NCBI RefSeq assembly: GCF_006345805.1 | Contig: NC_043026.1 | Coordinates: 12,503,579-12,567,578, forward strand | Direction of reading: 5' to 3' | Length of the DNA stretch: 64,000 nucleotides | From: Octopus sinensis | Lineage: Eukaryota | Part shown: positions 47,174 through 60,853 of the stretch, one piece after another | Layout: each line of letters begins with the position of its first letter | Numbering within the stretch: the first letter of the stretch is position 1 | Position numbers and translations under genes: made by a program | The notes under the pieces: generated by a model | The model's database searches: none | What the model saw: the letters and a program-made list of their open reading frames with translations, nothing else | Told to the model about the DNA's origin: nothing

Positions 47174-47649
47174 TTTATCGTTTCAAATTTATATAATTTA
47201 AGTATTAGAAAATATTTTCTTATGGGTAATAGCTTCGTTTTAACTAAGTGAAACGAAGAATATTTTCGCCAAATTTCAGTTCGGATGTCATATGAATCTA
47301 ACCTTTATCTTTATTGTTTTGGGCGAGTTGTCCGGACTAGAACTACTCTCTCTCTTCCAAGTGTTTCTGTCTTCCGTGACATTTTGCGGACTTATATTTC
47401 TAATTCTACATCGCTAGAGAGTTGGTCAATGTACTTTCATTCTTAGTCGTCCGACATGAGAATTGCCATGGTTCGGGGCGCACAGGAGGAGTTCCTCTTT
47501 GCTTCGATAGCAGTGACCAGCATATCTTGTGCTCTGCCCTCGAATGAATTAATATACCGGGGATATTTCCATAAAGCCCTTTTTCGTTGGCTGTTATTTC
47601 CATGATTTGTTGGTTCTCAACAAATGAACCTAAACTAAAAAAAACAATA

Positions 47650-47957
47650 ATTGCAGCGTGGAAGGTGTTTGTAAGCCATTTAAGAAACACACAAAAGCCG
47701 TTCGATTCACTTCAACATTTAAGTTTAATTTGTCAAAATATTTTCGTCGCTTTAAGACCACGACCTCTTCACTGACAAAAATCCATGCTGAATAAGGTTT
47801 ATATATATATAGACAATTGCAGCGTGGAAGGTGTTTGTAATCCATTTAAGAAACACACAAAAGCCGTTCGATTCACTTCAACATTTAAGTTTAATTTGTC
47901 AAAATATTTTCGTTGCTTTAAGACCGCGACCTGTTCACTGACAAAAATCCGTGCTGC
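47650..47957. repeat. Tandem duplication of about 140 bp (165-bp period)
   Basis: AATTGCAGCGTGGAAGGTGTTTGTAA...CTGACAAAAATCC(A/G)TGCTG twice. Confidence 0.9.
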
Positions 47958-48436
47958 ATCACGGATAATAATAATAATAATAATAACTAACTATTAAATG
48001 AATACTAGCTATAGTAAACATTCCCTAAACTTTGGAACCAGTGAGGGCTGTCCAGGGTGGCTGAGAAAAAGCCCGATGGACTCATCTCCTCTAGGGTAGG
48101 GCCACTGTTCATTGCTCGTTTTGTTCTTCCGCACGTCCGTTAATCTTCTACCAACTTGCAGTGGGTGTTGTGAGGATACCTGTTTCCGTAACTGGAGTAA
48201 ACAAGGTACTAAAATGCCATAATCTGTCGGAGAAATACATATTACAGCCAGCTGTTTTCGAGACTTTTAGTGAGTGCAGTACTTTTCATAACGGCTCGCA
48301 ATATTGATGTAACGTATGATGCGCGGAAGGGTTCCTGACTGTGCCAGCGCTTCGACCTTGCATCAATCACCCGCGGTAATGTTTTGACGTGTCTCGAAAG
48401 ATCGCTTAGCTTTACCCGGGTTGCAGTGTATGTGAA

Positions 48437-48828
48437 TCTCTCTCTATATAAAGCTGAAGTTGTCTGTGTATGGCAGGTTTGGTAGCCTTCAACTAACACT
48501 ATCTCCTCCGAGACCCTGCGACGCAAGTTGACCAAAATTTAGAGTATGATAGAAGAAGGCTTGGTCTTCATTCCGTAGCAGAAAAAATTCAAATCGGTCC
48601 ATGGTAACACCAAAACTTATTTACATCAAAAAGGTGCTTTTTTTCTATGAAAATCCCTATTTTTTACGATTTTTTGACTGCATTGTCGCCATTTTTCGGT
48701 GTATTTCAACCACAAAAATGTTCAATTAAAGAGAATAACAAGCTACATAATGCAAAATTTTTACTTTTCAAAAATTCCAATTCTAAAGGGTCGAAACAAA
48801 CCCAAGCAACGCCGGGCGATACTGCTAG
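48437..48828 (+). mobile_element. Helitron-like family H1, full length
   Basis: A|TCTCTCTCTATATAAAGC...GCAACGCCGGGCGATACTGCTAG|T. Confidence 0.88.
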
Positions 48829-49597
48829 TCATGTATGAAAATGCAAACCTATTTTTTTAATTATTTATTTACTGATTTCCTTTTTGCAATTATTTTTTTT
48901 TCTTTTTATAAATAAACTTGTAATTTGAAAATAAATTTTAAAATCATTTCTGGAAAAAACATATACTTAAAATAACGCCATTCATTAAAAAAATCCAAAC
49001 AGATGAGAGAAAAAATCATCGAATTTGATATATTTCGATATTAGATCTTATGATAATGTAATGCATGAATATTCTAATTAATAACCATTTCGCCATTTTC
49101 TTAGCTGTCTGTAATTAGGACGTGATGTGGCTGCAACTAAATTAAATATAATTAATATAATCGTATTAACTATTTACTCTGATCCAGGGAGCTTATTTTT
49201 AATACTCGGTAGAACAAAACATTACAGCATCGAAACCGATAACCAAATTATTTATAGTAACACAATAGCTCTATTGCTAATGTAGTTAGTTGTTGCTAAT
49301 TAGTTAGCAGCAGTAATTAAATAAATCGCCATATTAATTATTCGTTGTAATGCACAGAATGATGAAGTCATCAAATTTTAAAATGGATATTCGTTTATTT
49401 CAGTGATTGATCGACTTTGAATTAGATGATCTGCCTTTCTATACCTCTTCGTCTGAGTTTATTTTTATCGAATTTATCTGTCAGTTAGAGTATTTTTGCT
49501 TTCTATCTTGATGTATTGGTTGTGATGTTTTAATATTTGCAAGAAATACACACACAAGCCCGCTTCATATATATATCTATATATATATATATATATA

Positions 49598-50051
<454 letters not shown>

Positions 50052-50665
50052 ATGAGGGAGATAAATTAATATTAATTTTAATATCAATTTAAAACCAGTA
50101 GTCTAGCATACAAAAAATCTGAGAAATCAGAGAAAATTCTAATATATGTGTATATTGGCAGGGCAAGACTGCTAGGTAGTCGGCCGTATGCTAGAAATAG
50201 ATCATCAACGATCAAACTGCAAAGAAAGTTCTCTAGAGGAAAAATTCAGCGAACACCAGAACCAAATTTGGCGGGCAGGACAGATGAAAATTTATATAAA
50301 AAACAGAATTAATTGCATACCTTATATATATAAGTTCAGCAACAATTTAGATTCAAATGAATATGGTACTTAATTTAGATGCACCAGAATTTTGTATGGT
50401 GTTATCCATAAAAATTTGCGGGGTGATTATAATGAAAAATAAGCAACAAGAATGACTCCGGTAATTTGGTACGATCGTTTCGTACTACATCATTTTATTA
50501 AATGTTGTAAGTATTACAGTAGATTTAAGATGCTGAGTGCTCATCGGCCAATTATATAGGTTTTCCATTAATACAGAAGCTTTCGAATCAAGTAGGAACA
50601 TTATAGAGAAGGTAGATATACAGATAAAGATGTAGATTTAAATTTTGTGTATAAATATATATTAT

Positions 50666-51062
50666 AGGCGCAGGAGTGGCTGTGTGGTAAGTAGCTTGCT
50701 AACCAACCACATGGTTCCGGGTTCAGTCCCACTGCGTGGCATCTTGGGCAAGTGTCTTCTGCTATAGCCCCGGGCCGACCAATGCCTTGTGAGTGGATTT
50801 GGTAGACGGAAACTGAAGGAAGCTCGTCGTATATATGTATATATATATATGTATGTGTGTGTGTTTGTCCCCCTAGCATTGCTTGTCAAACGATGCTGGT
50901 ATGTTTATGTCCCCGTTACTTGGCGGTTCGGCAAAAGAGACCGATAGAACAAGTACTGGGCTTACAAAAAGAATAAGTCCCGGGGTCGAGTTGCTCGATT
51001 AAAGGCGGTGCTCCAGCATGGCCACAGTCAAATGACTGAAACAAGTAAAAGAGTAAAAAGAG
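50666..51062 (+). mobile_element. SINE family B
   Basis: Consensus match. Confidence 0.9.
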
Positions 51063-51309
51063 TATATATTTTCCACAAGATCTTAGACCCCCCCTTGGAG
51101 TAAACATCCTGACCAACTACAAAAGAAACCAGCAAAACAATTTTTTCTTCTTCCCTCTCTCCCTTTTCTTCCTTCAATTCTTTATCTTTAACACCTTTTT
51201 CAGATACAAAAACACACACGCACACATGCTCTCTCTCACTTTCTCCCCATTCACCACCCTCTTGTACTATCTTATATCCCTCCCCACCACTACACACTCA
51301 GTGACACTA

Positions 51310-51695
51310 TCTCTCTCTATATAAACGGCAGTTTGTCTGTGCGTGTTTCTGTGTGTCTGTTTTCTCGTACCCTCACTCTGACCACGGCTTTCAACCGATT
51401 CTGATGAAACTTGACACACACATAGCCCAATGTCATAATTCAAAACTAACGCAGCGAAAATTTTGAAAAGTTCCCCCAGTTCTGAAAAAAATCGATAAAT
51501 TCGACATGGGGGTCGAGAATCAGAAACCCAAACCACAGACTGTCTAGGGGACGCAACTCCACCTTTTTTAACTCTCAAAAAAAATTTACCATAATTTTTT
51601 TTCCATTTTTTTGCTACTTTTTGGCTATAACTCTCTAAAAATGCTTTATAGTTATTTCCCTTACAAACCTGAGCAACGCCGGGCGATACTGCTAG
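51310..51695 (+). mobile_element. Helitron-like family H3
   Basis: A|TCTCTCTCTATATAAACGGCAG head; same 3' end as H2. Confidence 0.85.
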
Positions 51696-51809
51696 TAACA
51701 CTATAAAATTGTCAAAATTTTTCCACAGGAACTTGTCATATGTTCTAACCACTGCACCATGTACCTTCATTGTGTAATGAAAGGAAGAGAAAAAAAGTTA
51801 TACTTTACG

Positions 51810-52212
51810 CTTCTACTTGTTTCAGTCATTTGACTGCGGCCATGCTGGGGCACCGCCCTTTAGTCGAGCAACTCGACCCCTGGACTTATTCTTTGTAAGC
51901 CCAGTCCGTATTCTATCAGTCTTTTTTGCCGAACCGCTAATTGACGGGGACGTAAACACACCAGCATCGGTTGTCAAGCAATGCTAGGGGGACAAACACA
52001 GACACACAAACATACACACACACACACTTATATATATATACATATATACGACAGGCTTCTTTCAGTTTCCGTCTACCAAATCCACTCACAAGGCATTGGT
52101 CGGCCCGGGGCTATAGCAGAAGACACTTGCCCAAGATGTCACGCAGTGGGACTGAACCCGGAACCATGTGGTTGGTTAGCAAGCTACTTACCACACAGCC
52201 ACTCCTGCGCCT
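51810..52212 (-). mobile_element. SINE family B
   Basis: Consensus match. Confidence 0.9.
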
Positions 52213-52225
52213 TATATTGCATCTT

Positions 52226-52790
52226 ATCATCATCATCATCGTTTAACGTCCGCTTTCCATGCTAGCATGGGTTGGACAGTTCAACTGGGGTCTGGGGAGC
52301 CCGAAGGCTGCACCAGGCCAGTCAGATCTGGCAGTGTTTCTACAGCTGGATGCCCTTCCTAGCGCCAACCACTCCGAGAGTGTAGTGGGTGATTTATGTG
52401 CCACCGACACAGGTGCCAGACGAGGCTGGCGAACGGCCACGCTCGGATGGTGTTTTTTTTATGTGCCACTGACACAGGTGCCAGACGAGGCTGGCAGACG
52501 GCCACGCTCGGATGGTGTTTTTTATGTGCCACCGACACAGGTGCCAGACGAAGCTGGCGAATGGCCACGCTCGGATGGTGTTTTTTTTATGTGCCACTGA
52601 CACAGGTGCCAGACGAAGCTGGCGAACGGCCATGATCGGATGGTGTTTGTTACGTGCCCACAGCACGGAGGCCAGTCGATGCGGTACTGGCTACGGCCAC
52701 GTTCGGATGGTTTTCTTATGTGCCACCGGCACTGGTACCACAAGGATACAAATTCCATTGATGTTCATCTATTTTGATTTGGTTGTCTAT
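52226..52790 (-). mobile_element. SINE family D with an expanded 62-65 bp internal subrepeat (x4)
   Basis: GTGCCAC.GACACAGGTGCCAGACGA.GCTGGC..A.GGCCA.GCTCGGATGGTGTTTTT repeated at about 52399-52650. Confidence 0.88.
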
Positions 52791-52867
52791 CATAATTTCT
52801 GTCACTTGCTGTTTTTAGCAGTCTTTGAGTTTCTTAGTATTTCACATTTGTATCTTTACTATTTAAA

Positions 52868-52902
52868 TATCTTATACTGTTTTTTTCTTCTTCTTATTTC
52901 AG
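52868..52902 (+). promoter_or_regulatory. Putative 3' splice acceptor of the 53.9-kb gene (exon begins at 52903)
   Basis: TATCTTATACTGTTTTTTTCTTCTTCTTATTTCAG, the same family motif. Confidence 0.68.
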
Positions 52903-53007
52903 ATTATTGGATTATATTTGCAATTAAAGGATTATTCACATCAGACACAGTTATATTTATCATGTTTTGAAGATGAAAAGAAAAATGTTTGAATGAAGAT
53001 ATTAACA

Positions 53008-53172
53008 TGTTGGAGTGGTTGGCATTAGGAAGGGCATCCAGCTGTAGAAACATTGCCAGATAAGACTGGAGCCTGGTGCAGCCTTCTGGCTTCCCAGATC
53101 CCCGGTCGAACCATCCAACCCATACTAGCATGGAGAACGGACGTTAAACGATGATGGTGATGATGATGATGA
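53008..53172 (+). mobile_element. SINE family D 3' part in the leader
   Basis: Core and (GAT)n tail. Confidence 0.83.
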
Positions 53173-53469
53173 TATCAGTCTGTGGTGAATTAAGCTGAAA
53201 TGTTTCTTCTAAACTGTGATAAGCAAAAATGCATTCCTTAACATTTTCTGCAATATCACCAGAGGGTGAGCTTGCAATCTAACTGGAAATATTTATAAAT
53301 GCATTTGCAGCATCTTAAGATATTGACGAAGATCACAGGTGATGGAAATATACATCAGTGAAAGTATTTTTTAAGGAATGAAACGATAAAACTGGAAACC
53401 AGAAATATAACAATATACCTTCATGAGAAAAATATTAATAATGGAAAAACTGAATCAAGAAATTTATAT

Positions 53470-53887
53470 ACTCTTTACTCTCCTTTACTCTTTTACTTGT
53501 TTCAGTCATTTGACTGCGGCCATGCTGGAGCACCGCCTTTTAGTCGAGCAACTCGACCCCGGGACTTATTCTTTTTTGTAAGCTCAGTACTTATTCTATC
53601 AGTCTCTCTTTTTGCCGAACCGCTAAGTGACAGGGGACGTAAACACACCAGCATCGGTTGTCAAGCAATGCTAGGGGAACAAACACAGACACACAAACGC
53701 ACACCCATACATATATATATATACGACAGGCTTCTTTCAGTTTCCATCTACCAAATCCACTCACAAGGCATTGGTCGGTCCGGACTATAGCAGAAGACAC
53801 TTGCCCAAGGTGCCACGCAGTGGGACTGAACCCGGAACCATGTGGTTGGTTAGCAAGCTACTTACCACACAGCCACTCCTGCGCCTA
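53470..53887 (-). mobile_element. SINE family B ending about 31 nt before the ATG
   Basis: Consensus match. Confidence 0.9.
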
Positions 53888-53903
53888 TGAGTGATTTTTT
53901 TAA

Positions 53904-54779
<876 letters not shown>

Positions 54780-54869
54780 CTGTATTAATAATCCTTTATA
54801 TTTTAGGCACAGGGCCGGAAATTTTTGTTGACCAGGGTACAGTTGATTACATCGATCCTCATGCTTAAC

Positions 54870-55520
54870 TGCTTTTTGCGTGCCACTGGCACAGAAGCCA
54901 GTCAGGGCAGCGCTTGCATCAGCCATGTTCGAATGGTGCTTTCTACGTGCCGCCGGCACAGATATCACAATTACAATTTCCATTTGATATTTATTTTTAT
55001 GGCGTTAGGAAGGGGCATCCAGCCGTAGAAACATTGCCAGATCAGACTGGAGCCTGGTGCAGCCTCCTAGCTTCCCAGACCCCAGTTGAACCATCCAACC
55101 TATGCTAGCATGGAAAGCGGACGCTAAATGATGATGATGATGTTGATGTACTTGACACAATAGGTCTCCTCAAGCACAGCAGGTCACGTGCCACCGGCAC
55201 AGAAGCCAGTCAAGGCGATGCTGGCATCGGCCACGTTCGGATGGTGCTTTTTAAGTGCCGCTGGCACAGGTATCACAACTACAATTTCCATTTGATATTT
55301 ATTTTGATGTTGTTGTACTTGACTCAATAGGTCTCCTCAAGCACAGCAGGTCACGTGCCACCGGCACAGAAGCCAGTTAAGGTGGCGCTGGCATCGGCCA
55401 TATTCGGATGGTGCTTTCTATGTACCGCCGGCACAAATATCACAACTACAATTTCCATTTGATATTTATTTTGATGTTGATGTACTTGACTCAATAGGTC
55501 TCCTCAAGCACAGCAGGTGG
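54870..55520. mobile_element. Mosaic of SINE-D pieces: about 167-bp tandem units (minus) around a plus-strand 3' end (55000-55140)
   Basis: Repeated GTACTTGAC.CAATAGGTCTCCTCAAGCACAGCAGG at about 55149, 55315 and 55482. Confidence 0.78.
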
Positions 55521-55799
55521 CCCTACGATCCAAGGCAAGCACAGCGGGTCGTTCTGCAATCCAAGGTACTTCGAATGGGCTGGGGCTGCTATATGAAACT
55601 GGTGCAGGAAGCAGCCATGAACTCACATTATTTGTCGGGTCTATACATGTTATTTATATTCTAGATCTTATATATGCTTCTTTCATAAATCTCATATGTA
55701 TATTCTGAAATAAAATATTATTAAGTCTATCCCATCAATGAAATGACTCTGTTGTTATATTTTGCTTGTTTCAGTCATTAGACTGTGATTATGATACAG

Positions 55800-56690
55800 A
55801 AGTTGAGTGTCGGTTTTTCAGAGTTGCGGTGATGATATTGTGAGCTAAATTTTGTTATTGAAAATTGTTATTTTGGACGTTTTATTGATTGTTGAATTTT
55901 TGAAAACTGTTTTCCTGCTGCCGCCCACTGTTGGCTATGCAAGCTGTGACTTACGCGCGAGCAGCAGGTAAAAGCCTCTCTGCCGATGCGATGCAGTTGA
56001 AGGATGTAAAAATTGAAAAAAAAAACCTGGAAAAATATTTTGAGAGTTTTAAAAAAGAAGGAGACTGCCTGAGAATCATATCGCCGAAAGACGCAGTACA
56101 AAAAGCAGGGAAAAAAAACCCATCACCTACAGAACGTGGAATGTAGCCACAAAGAGAATTGAAGTGGCAGAAATAGAGGATATAGAGCAGTGTCTAGAAG
56201 AGATAAAGGACAGGACCACCTTTTACACAAGAGGGAGGAAGTATGCCACGGTAGAAGTACGTTTTGAAAGCGAAGAAGCGAGTAGACACGCCACAACAGC
56301 ACTGAAAACAACTAGGTGGGTACTCCTACCTACATACTGCAGTAGATGAGCTGCGAGAATTAGAATTGGAAAAGTGTCGCCGGAAATGGACATGGAAAGG
56401 CTGGTAGCAGCCATAATATATAATTGCAAAGAAAAGGTGGATATCCTTAAAGTAGAGAAGTCTAGAGATATTAACTGGTGGGGTTATGGAGTTGAAGCTT
56501 TATTACACAAAACCCTGCCAGATTTGCATAACATTTCAGAGTAGTTGGTGCTCCTCGAGAGTTGTGGTGGAGGGGAGACCTCCAGTATGCTATAAGTGCA
56601 AAAGCAGAGGGCACATAAAGGCAATGTGTCCTCTAAGAGAATTGCATGTAGAAGAGATGACTCAATGAGAGACGAAGAAGCAGAGAGGAT
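55800..56690 (+). mobile_element. Degenerate gag-like ORF1 of a non-LTR (Tx1/L1-like) retrotransposon with a CCHC knuckle; 5' portion only
   Basis: Frameshifted pieces 55931-56146, 56164-56349 and 56486-56668; GRPPVCYKCKSRGHIKAMCP = CX2CX4HX4C. Confidence 0.78.
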
Positions 56691-56942
56691 TAGGGTTAGA
56701 GCAATCCCTGCTGTACTCATTCGCCACAACTTTCTCTCACTATTTCTTCTGTTGGCCTGCTTGCTTAGCCAGTGAGGTGGTGTCATTTGAAGACTAAAAC
56801 AATGCGAAGCGCATTGTGACCAGAGATGTGTAGCAACATCTGAGAGCCTGGTCGGTCACAGTGACCACGGTGATAAATGTATGTATGTATATATATATAA
56901 CTACAAGATATTATAACAATAAATTTACATATTATGATATAT

Positions 56943-57235
56943 GTGGAGGTGCAATGGCCCAGTGGTTAGGGCAGCGGACTTGCGGTTTCGATTCCCAGAC
57001 CAGGCGCTGTGAGTGTTTATTGAGCGAAAACACCTAAAAGCTCCACGAGGCTCCGGCAGGGGGAGGTGATCCCTGCTGTACTCCTTCACCACTCTTTCTC
57101 ACACTCTTTCCTCTGTTGGCCTGCTCGCTTAGCCAGCGGGGTGGCGTCATTCGAAGGCTAAAACAATGCGAACGCATTGTGACCAGCGATGTGTAACAAC
57201 ATCTGATGGTCTGGTCGGTCACGTGATCACGTGAT
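56943..57235 (+). mobile_element. SINE-C head with an alternative tail (tail also at 56700-56875)
   Basis: Same head as 39784, diverging after CTCTTTC into CTGTTGGCCTGCTCGCTTAGCC...GTGATCACGTGAT. Confidence 0.82.
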
Positions 57236-57284
57236 TATGATATATTAAATACATTATAATATGGGTGGCTATTTATTTATGCGC

Positions 57285-57558
57285 CCTTTTCAAGCTTAGC
57301 CAGGCTCATGGGCCCGGTTTCCCGGTTTCTGTGGGGTATGTGCTCCCCCCAGCTGGACTGGACGCCAGTCTATCGCAGCATTACCCAAGAAACAGGAAGT
57401 AAGAGTGAGAGAAAGAATATAACAGGGGTCGCCACCACCCCCTGCTGGAGCCTCGTGGAGCTTTTTAGGTGTTTTCGCTCAATAAACACAGAACACCCGG
57501 TTTGGGAATCGAACTGTGAGTCCGCTGCCCTAACCACTGGGCCATTGCGCCTCCACAT
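57285..57558 (-). mobile_element. SINE-C head with a third tail type (tail alone at 7815-7905)
   Basis: GCCCTTTTCAAGC.TAG.CAGGCTCATGGGCCCGG...CCCCCAGCTGGAC.GGACGCCAGTC. Confidence 0.78.
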
Positions 57559-57883
57559 GGGTGGCTATAGCGATTAAAAACCAAACAGGTAAAATACATG
57601 AATAAGGGTGAAAAATAGCACCAGTAATTGCTAGAAATAGGAGCTAAAAAATGTAACTCGAATAGCCAGGCAAAATCACCAGCCTCATGAGATGTTCAGG
57701 AACTGCGAAAGGAAAGCCACGTCTTCCTCCAGCGAGATAAAACTCACTGAATGAAGTACTAGCATCTGTGCAGGTTGTTCAGCAAAAAATTGTGAAATCC
57801 TCATCTGATGTCTGCGACAGGAGAATCCACAGTAATCTTTATAATTAGACCAACACATGATTTGATTACATGCTCTACATGTA

Positions 57884-58440
57884 AGGCGCAGGAGTGGCTG
57901 TGCGGTAAGTAGCTTGCTAACCAACCACATGGTTCTGGGTTCATTTCCACTGCATGGCACCTTGGGCAAGTGTCTTCTACTATAGCCCCGGGCCGACCAA
58001 AGTCTTGTGAGTGGATTTGGTAGACAGTAATTGGAAGAAGCCCATCATATATATATGCATGAGTGTGTGTATATATTTGTGTGTCTGTTTGTCCCCTCAG
58101 CATTGCTTGACAACCGATGCTGGTGTGTTTACATCCCCATAACTTAACGGTTCGGCAAAAAGCCGACCAAAGCCTTGTGAGTAGATTTGGTAGACGGAAA
58201 CTGAAAGAAGCCCGTCGTATATATGTATGTGTGTGTATATGTTTGTGTGTCTGTGTTTGTCCTCTTGACAACTGATGGTGGTGTGTTTACATTCCCGTAA
58301 CTTAGCTGTTCGGCAAAAGGGACCGATAAAATAAGTATTAGGTTTCCAAAGAATGAATCCTGGGGTCGATTTGCTCGACTACAGGCAGTGCTCCAGCATG
58401 GCCAGTCAAATGACAAACAAGTAAAAGCGTAAAAGAGTAT
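57884..58440 (+). mobile_element. Composite SINE-B with an internal duplication
   Basis: Body restarts at about 58160. Confidence 0.83.
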
Positions 58441-58680
58441 GTAAAAATGACAGAATAATTCAAGAATAAACCAGTTTTATTTTAATTTCATATTGTCTTG
58501 AGAGAGAAATGATGTAAAAATTAAAGATTCTGGGCATTGTAGTTGAGATGTCAGACGAAGATAAAATCTGGCTTCTTTTATAACAAAATATGTCCATAAA
58601 TGGACATTAAAATATGGATGAGGAATGTTCCACAAATTACATCAACCGTTTTGTATTCACATTAAGTTTAATGCTACATT

Positions 58681-59175
58681 CAGCGACATGCAACCATATT
58701 CTGAACGCCTTACTTCCCTGGGCATGGACACATTGAAACTCCATGTGGCATCTGACTTGGCAGACACCTATAAAGTTTATTAACCATCTTACAAAAACTA
58801 ACTCTGAGCACCTTTTCAAACTCCACCCGTCTAACACCCGTGGACATGTTTACAAAGTCAGAAACCAGCACAGCTCCCATGACTTTCGGAAACATTTTTT
58901 CACGCTGAGAGTAGCTGAAGCATGGAACAGACTGCCGGCATCAGTTGTTAGTTGTCGGAGCACTGCATCCTTCAAAACTTCCATGCTTTCTGAGATTCGC
59001 CAACACTACACCTGATTTTCTCCCCTCCATACACACACAAGCATGTATCTGACTCATACATTGTTCGCTTTCCAGACATTTGTACATTACTGCATATACT
59101 TTATACACACTTTCTGACAAGTTGTGGTGCACCTGAGCACTGTATAGAATAATTTCATTATTATTATTATTATTT
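58681..59175 (+). mobile_element. CR1-clade LINE 3' fragment
   Basis: PYSERLTSLGMDTL...DLADTYKV / TRGHVYKVR...FRKHFFTLRVAEAWNRLPASVV..FK; (ATT)n tail. Confidence 0.88.
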
Positions 59176-59440
59176 ACATATGTAAATTAATATTTACTGT
59201 TAAATCATAATATTGTATAATAGGAATAACAAAAAAAAAGTAGGAAGTGAGCTGGCAGAATCATTAGCACACTGGGAAAAATGCTTAGCTGTATTTCATC
59301 CATCAATGTTCTGAGTTCCAACTCTACCTTTCATCCTTTAAGGGGCAATAAAATAAATACGAGTTGAAAACTGGGGTTGATGTAATCAACTTACTCCTTC
59401 CCTCAAATTGCTAGCCTTGTACCAAAATGTGGAACCAGTA

Positions 59441-60085
59441 TCTCTATATATATAAACGGCAAAATGTCTGTCTGTGTGTGTGTCCTTTATACAAATCCAC
59501 AATTTTTCAGTTAGAGGGCTCGCACTTTCTATGGTCATTCAAAACCGTCCAAGGGTGGTCGTGCACATCTTTACATTTCCCCAGTCACCCCGCAAATCTC
59601 TCTATATATAAATGGCAAAATGTCTGTGTGTGTGTCCTTTATACAAATCCACAATTTTTCAGTTTGAGGGCTCGCACTTTCTATGGTCATTCAAAATCGT
59701 CCAAGGGTGGTCGTGCACATCTTTACATTTCCCCAGTTACCCCGCAAATCTCTCTATATATAAACGGCAAAATGTCTGTGTGTGTGTCCTTTATACAAAT
59801 CCACAATTTTTCAGTTAGAGGGCTCGCACTTTCTATGGTCATTCAAAACCGTCCAAGGGTGGTCGTGCACATCTTTACATTTCTCCAGTCACCCCGCAAA
59901 GCCATTAAAAAATCAATAGAAGATTTTTTTGTGAATTTTCTATTCAAAACCCAATCAAAATGCCCGAAACTTGATACGCCAATTGAATGCCTGCTAGCTG
60001 TATGTGGTTGGTCGGAGATTTGGACAGTACTCGCGTGTATGTACACACACACGCAGCTGTATATGCATGCACTAGCACTATCTAG
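59441..60085 (+). mobile_element. Helitron-like element with a triplicated 5' head (152-156 bp period)
   Basis: TCTCT(CT)ATATATA(T)AAA(C/T)GGCAAAATG at 59441, 59597 and 59749; ends CTAG|T with the hairpin deleted. Confidence 0.8.
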
Positions 60086-60355
60086 TAAATAATAAGACTG
60101 TACTAAATCTAAGCTAATGTTAATATCATTACCCTGAAAGGGTTATAATAGAAAATAGTGTTAGGGGAGAATTATCGCACACTGTTACATATTCTTTTGA
60201 ATGTGGATATATTTACATTTATATATTTTTCTTATAGGAAGAACAATGTTAAACTGTGTGTATCCCTGAATGTTTTTAAAGGACACTAAAGAAGTTAATC
60301 TCACAACAGGTAAATGACTGTAAAACTTGGTCTCAAAAAGGGAACCAGGAAGAGT

Positions 60356-60727
60356 GGAAGCACTCCGTCGGTTACGACGACGAGGGTTCTGGTTGATCCG
60401 AATCAACGGAACAGCCTGCTTGTGAAATTAACGTGTAAGTGGCTGAGCACTCCACAGACACGTGTACCCTTAACGTAGTTCTCGGGGATATTCAGCGTGA
60501 CACAGAGAGTGACAAGGCCGGCCCTTTGAAATACAGGTACAACAGAAACAGGAAGTAAGAGTGAGAGAAAGTTGTGGTGAAAGAGTAGAGCAGGGATCGC
60601 CACCATCCCCTGCCGGAGCCTCGTGGAGCTTTTTAGGTGTTTTCGCTCAATAAACACTCACAACGCCCGGTCTGGGAATAGAGACCGCGAGTCCGCTGCC
60701 CTAACCACTGGGCCATTGCGCCTCCAC
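60356..60727 (-). mobile_element. SINE family C in the 3' region of the 60.9-kb gene
   Basis: 13-bp TSD AACCAGGAAGAGT at 60343-60355 and 60728-60740; empty site at about 13102-13114. Confidence 0.93.
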
Positions 60728-60853
60728 AACCAGGAAGAGTATGGTTACTGACAAAGGCTAAGTCCAAAATGCTAAATGCCATTTTAGCAGAGAAAATGGT
60801 TTTCAAAGGTTTGTTGTCATCATGTGTTGAAATGAATTTAGATATTTACAAAG

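Noticed and set aside
49000-49560. AT-rich segment as a possible DNA-transposon remnant
   Set aside because: No termini, ORF or second copy visible.
59427-60092. 221-aa ORF with internal repeats
   Set aside because: Translation of the triplicated Helitron-like head; no Rep or helicase motifs.
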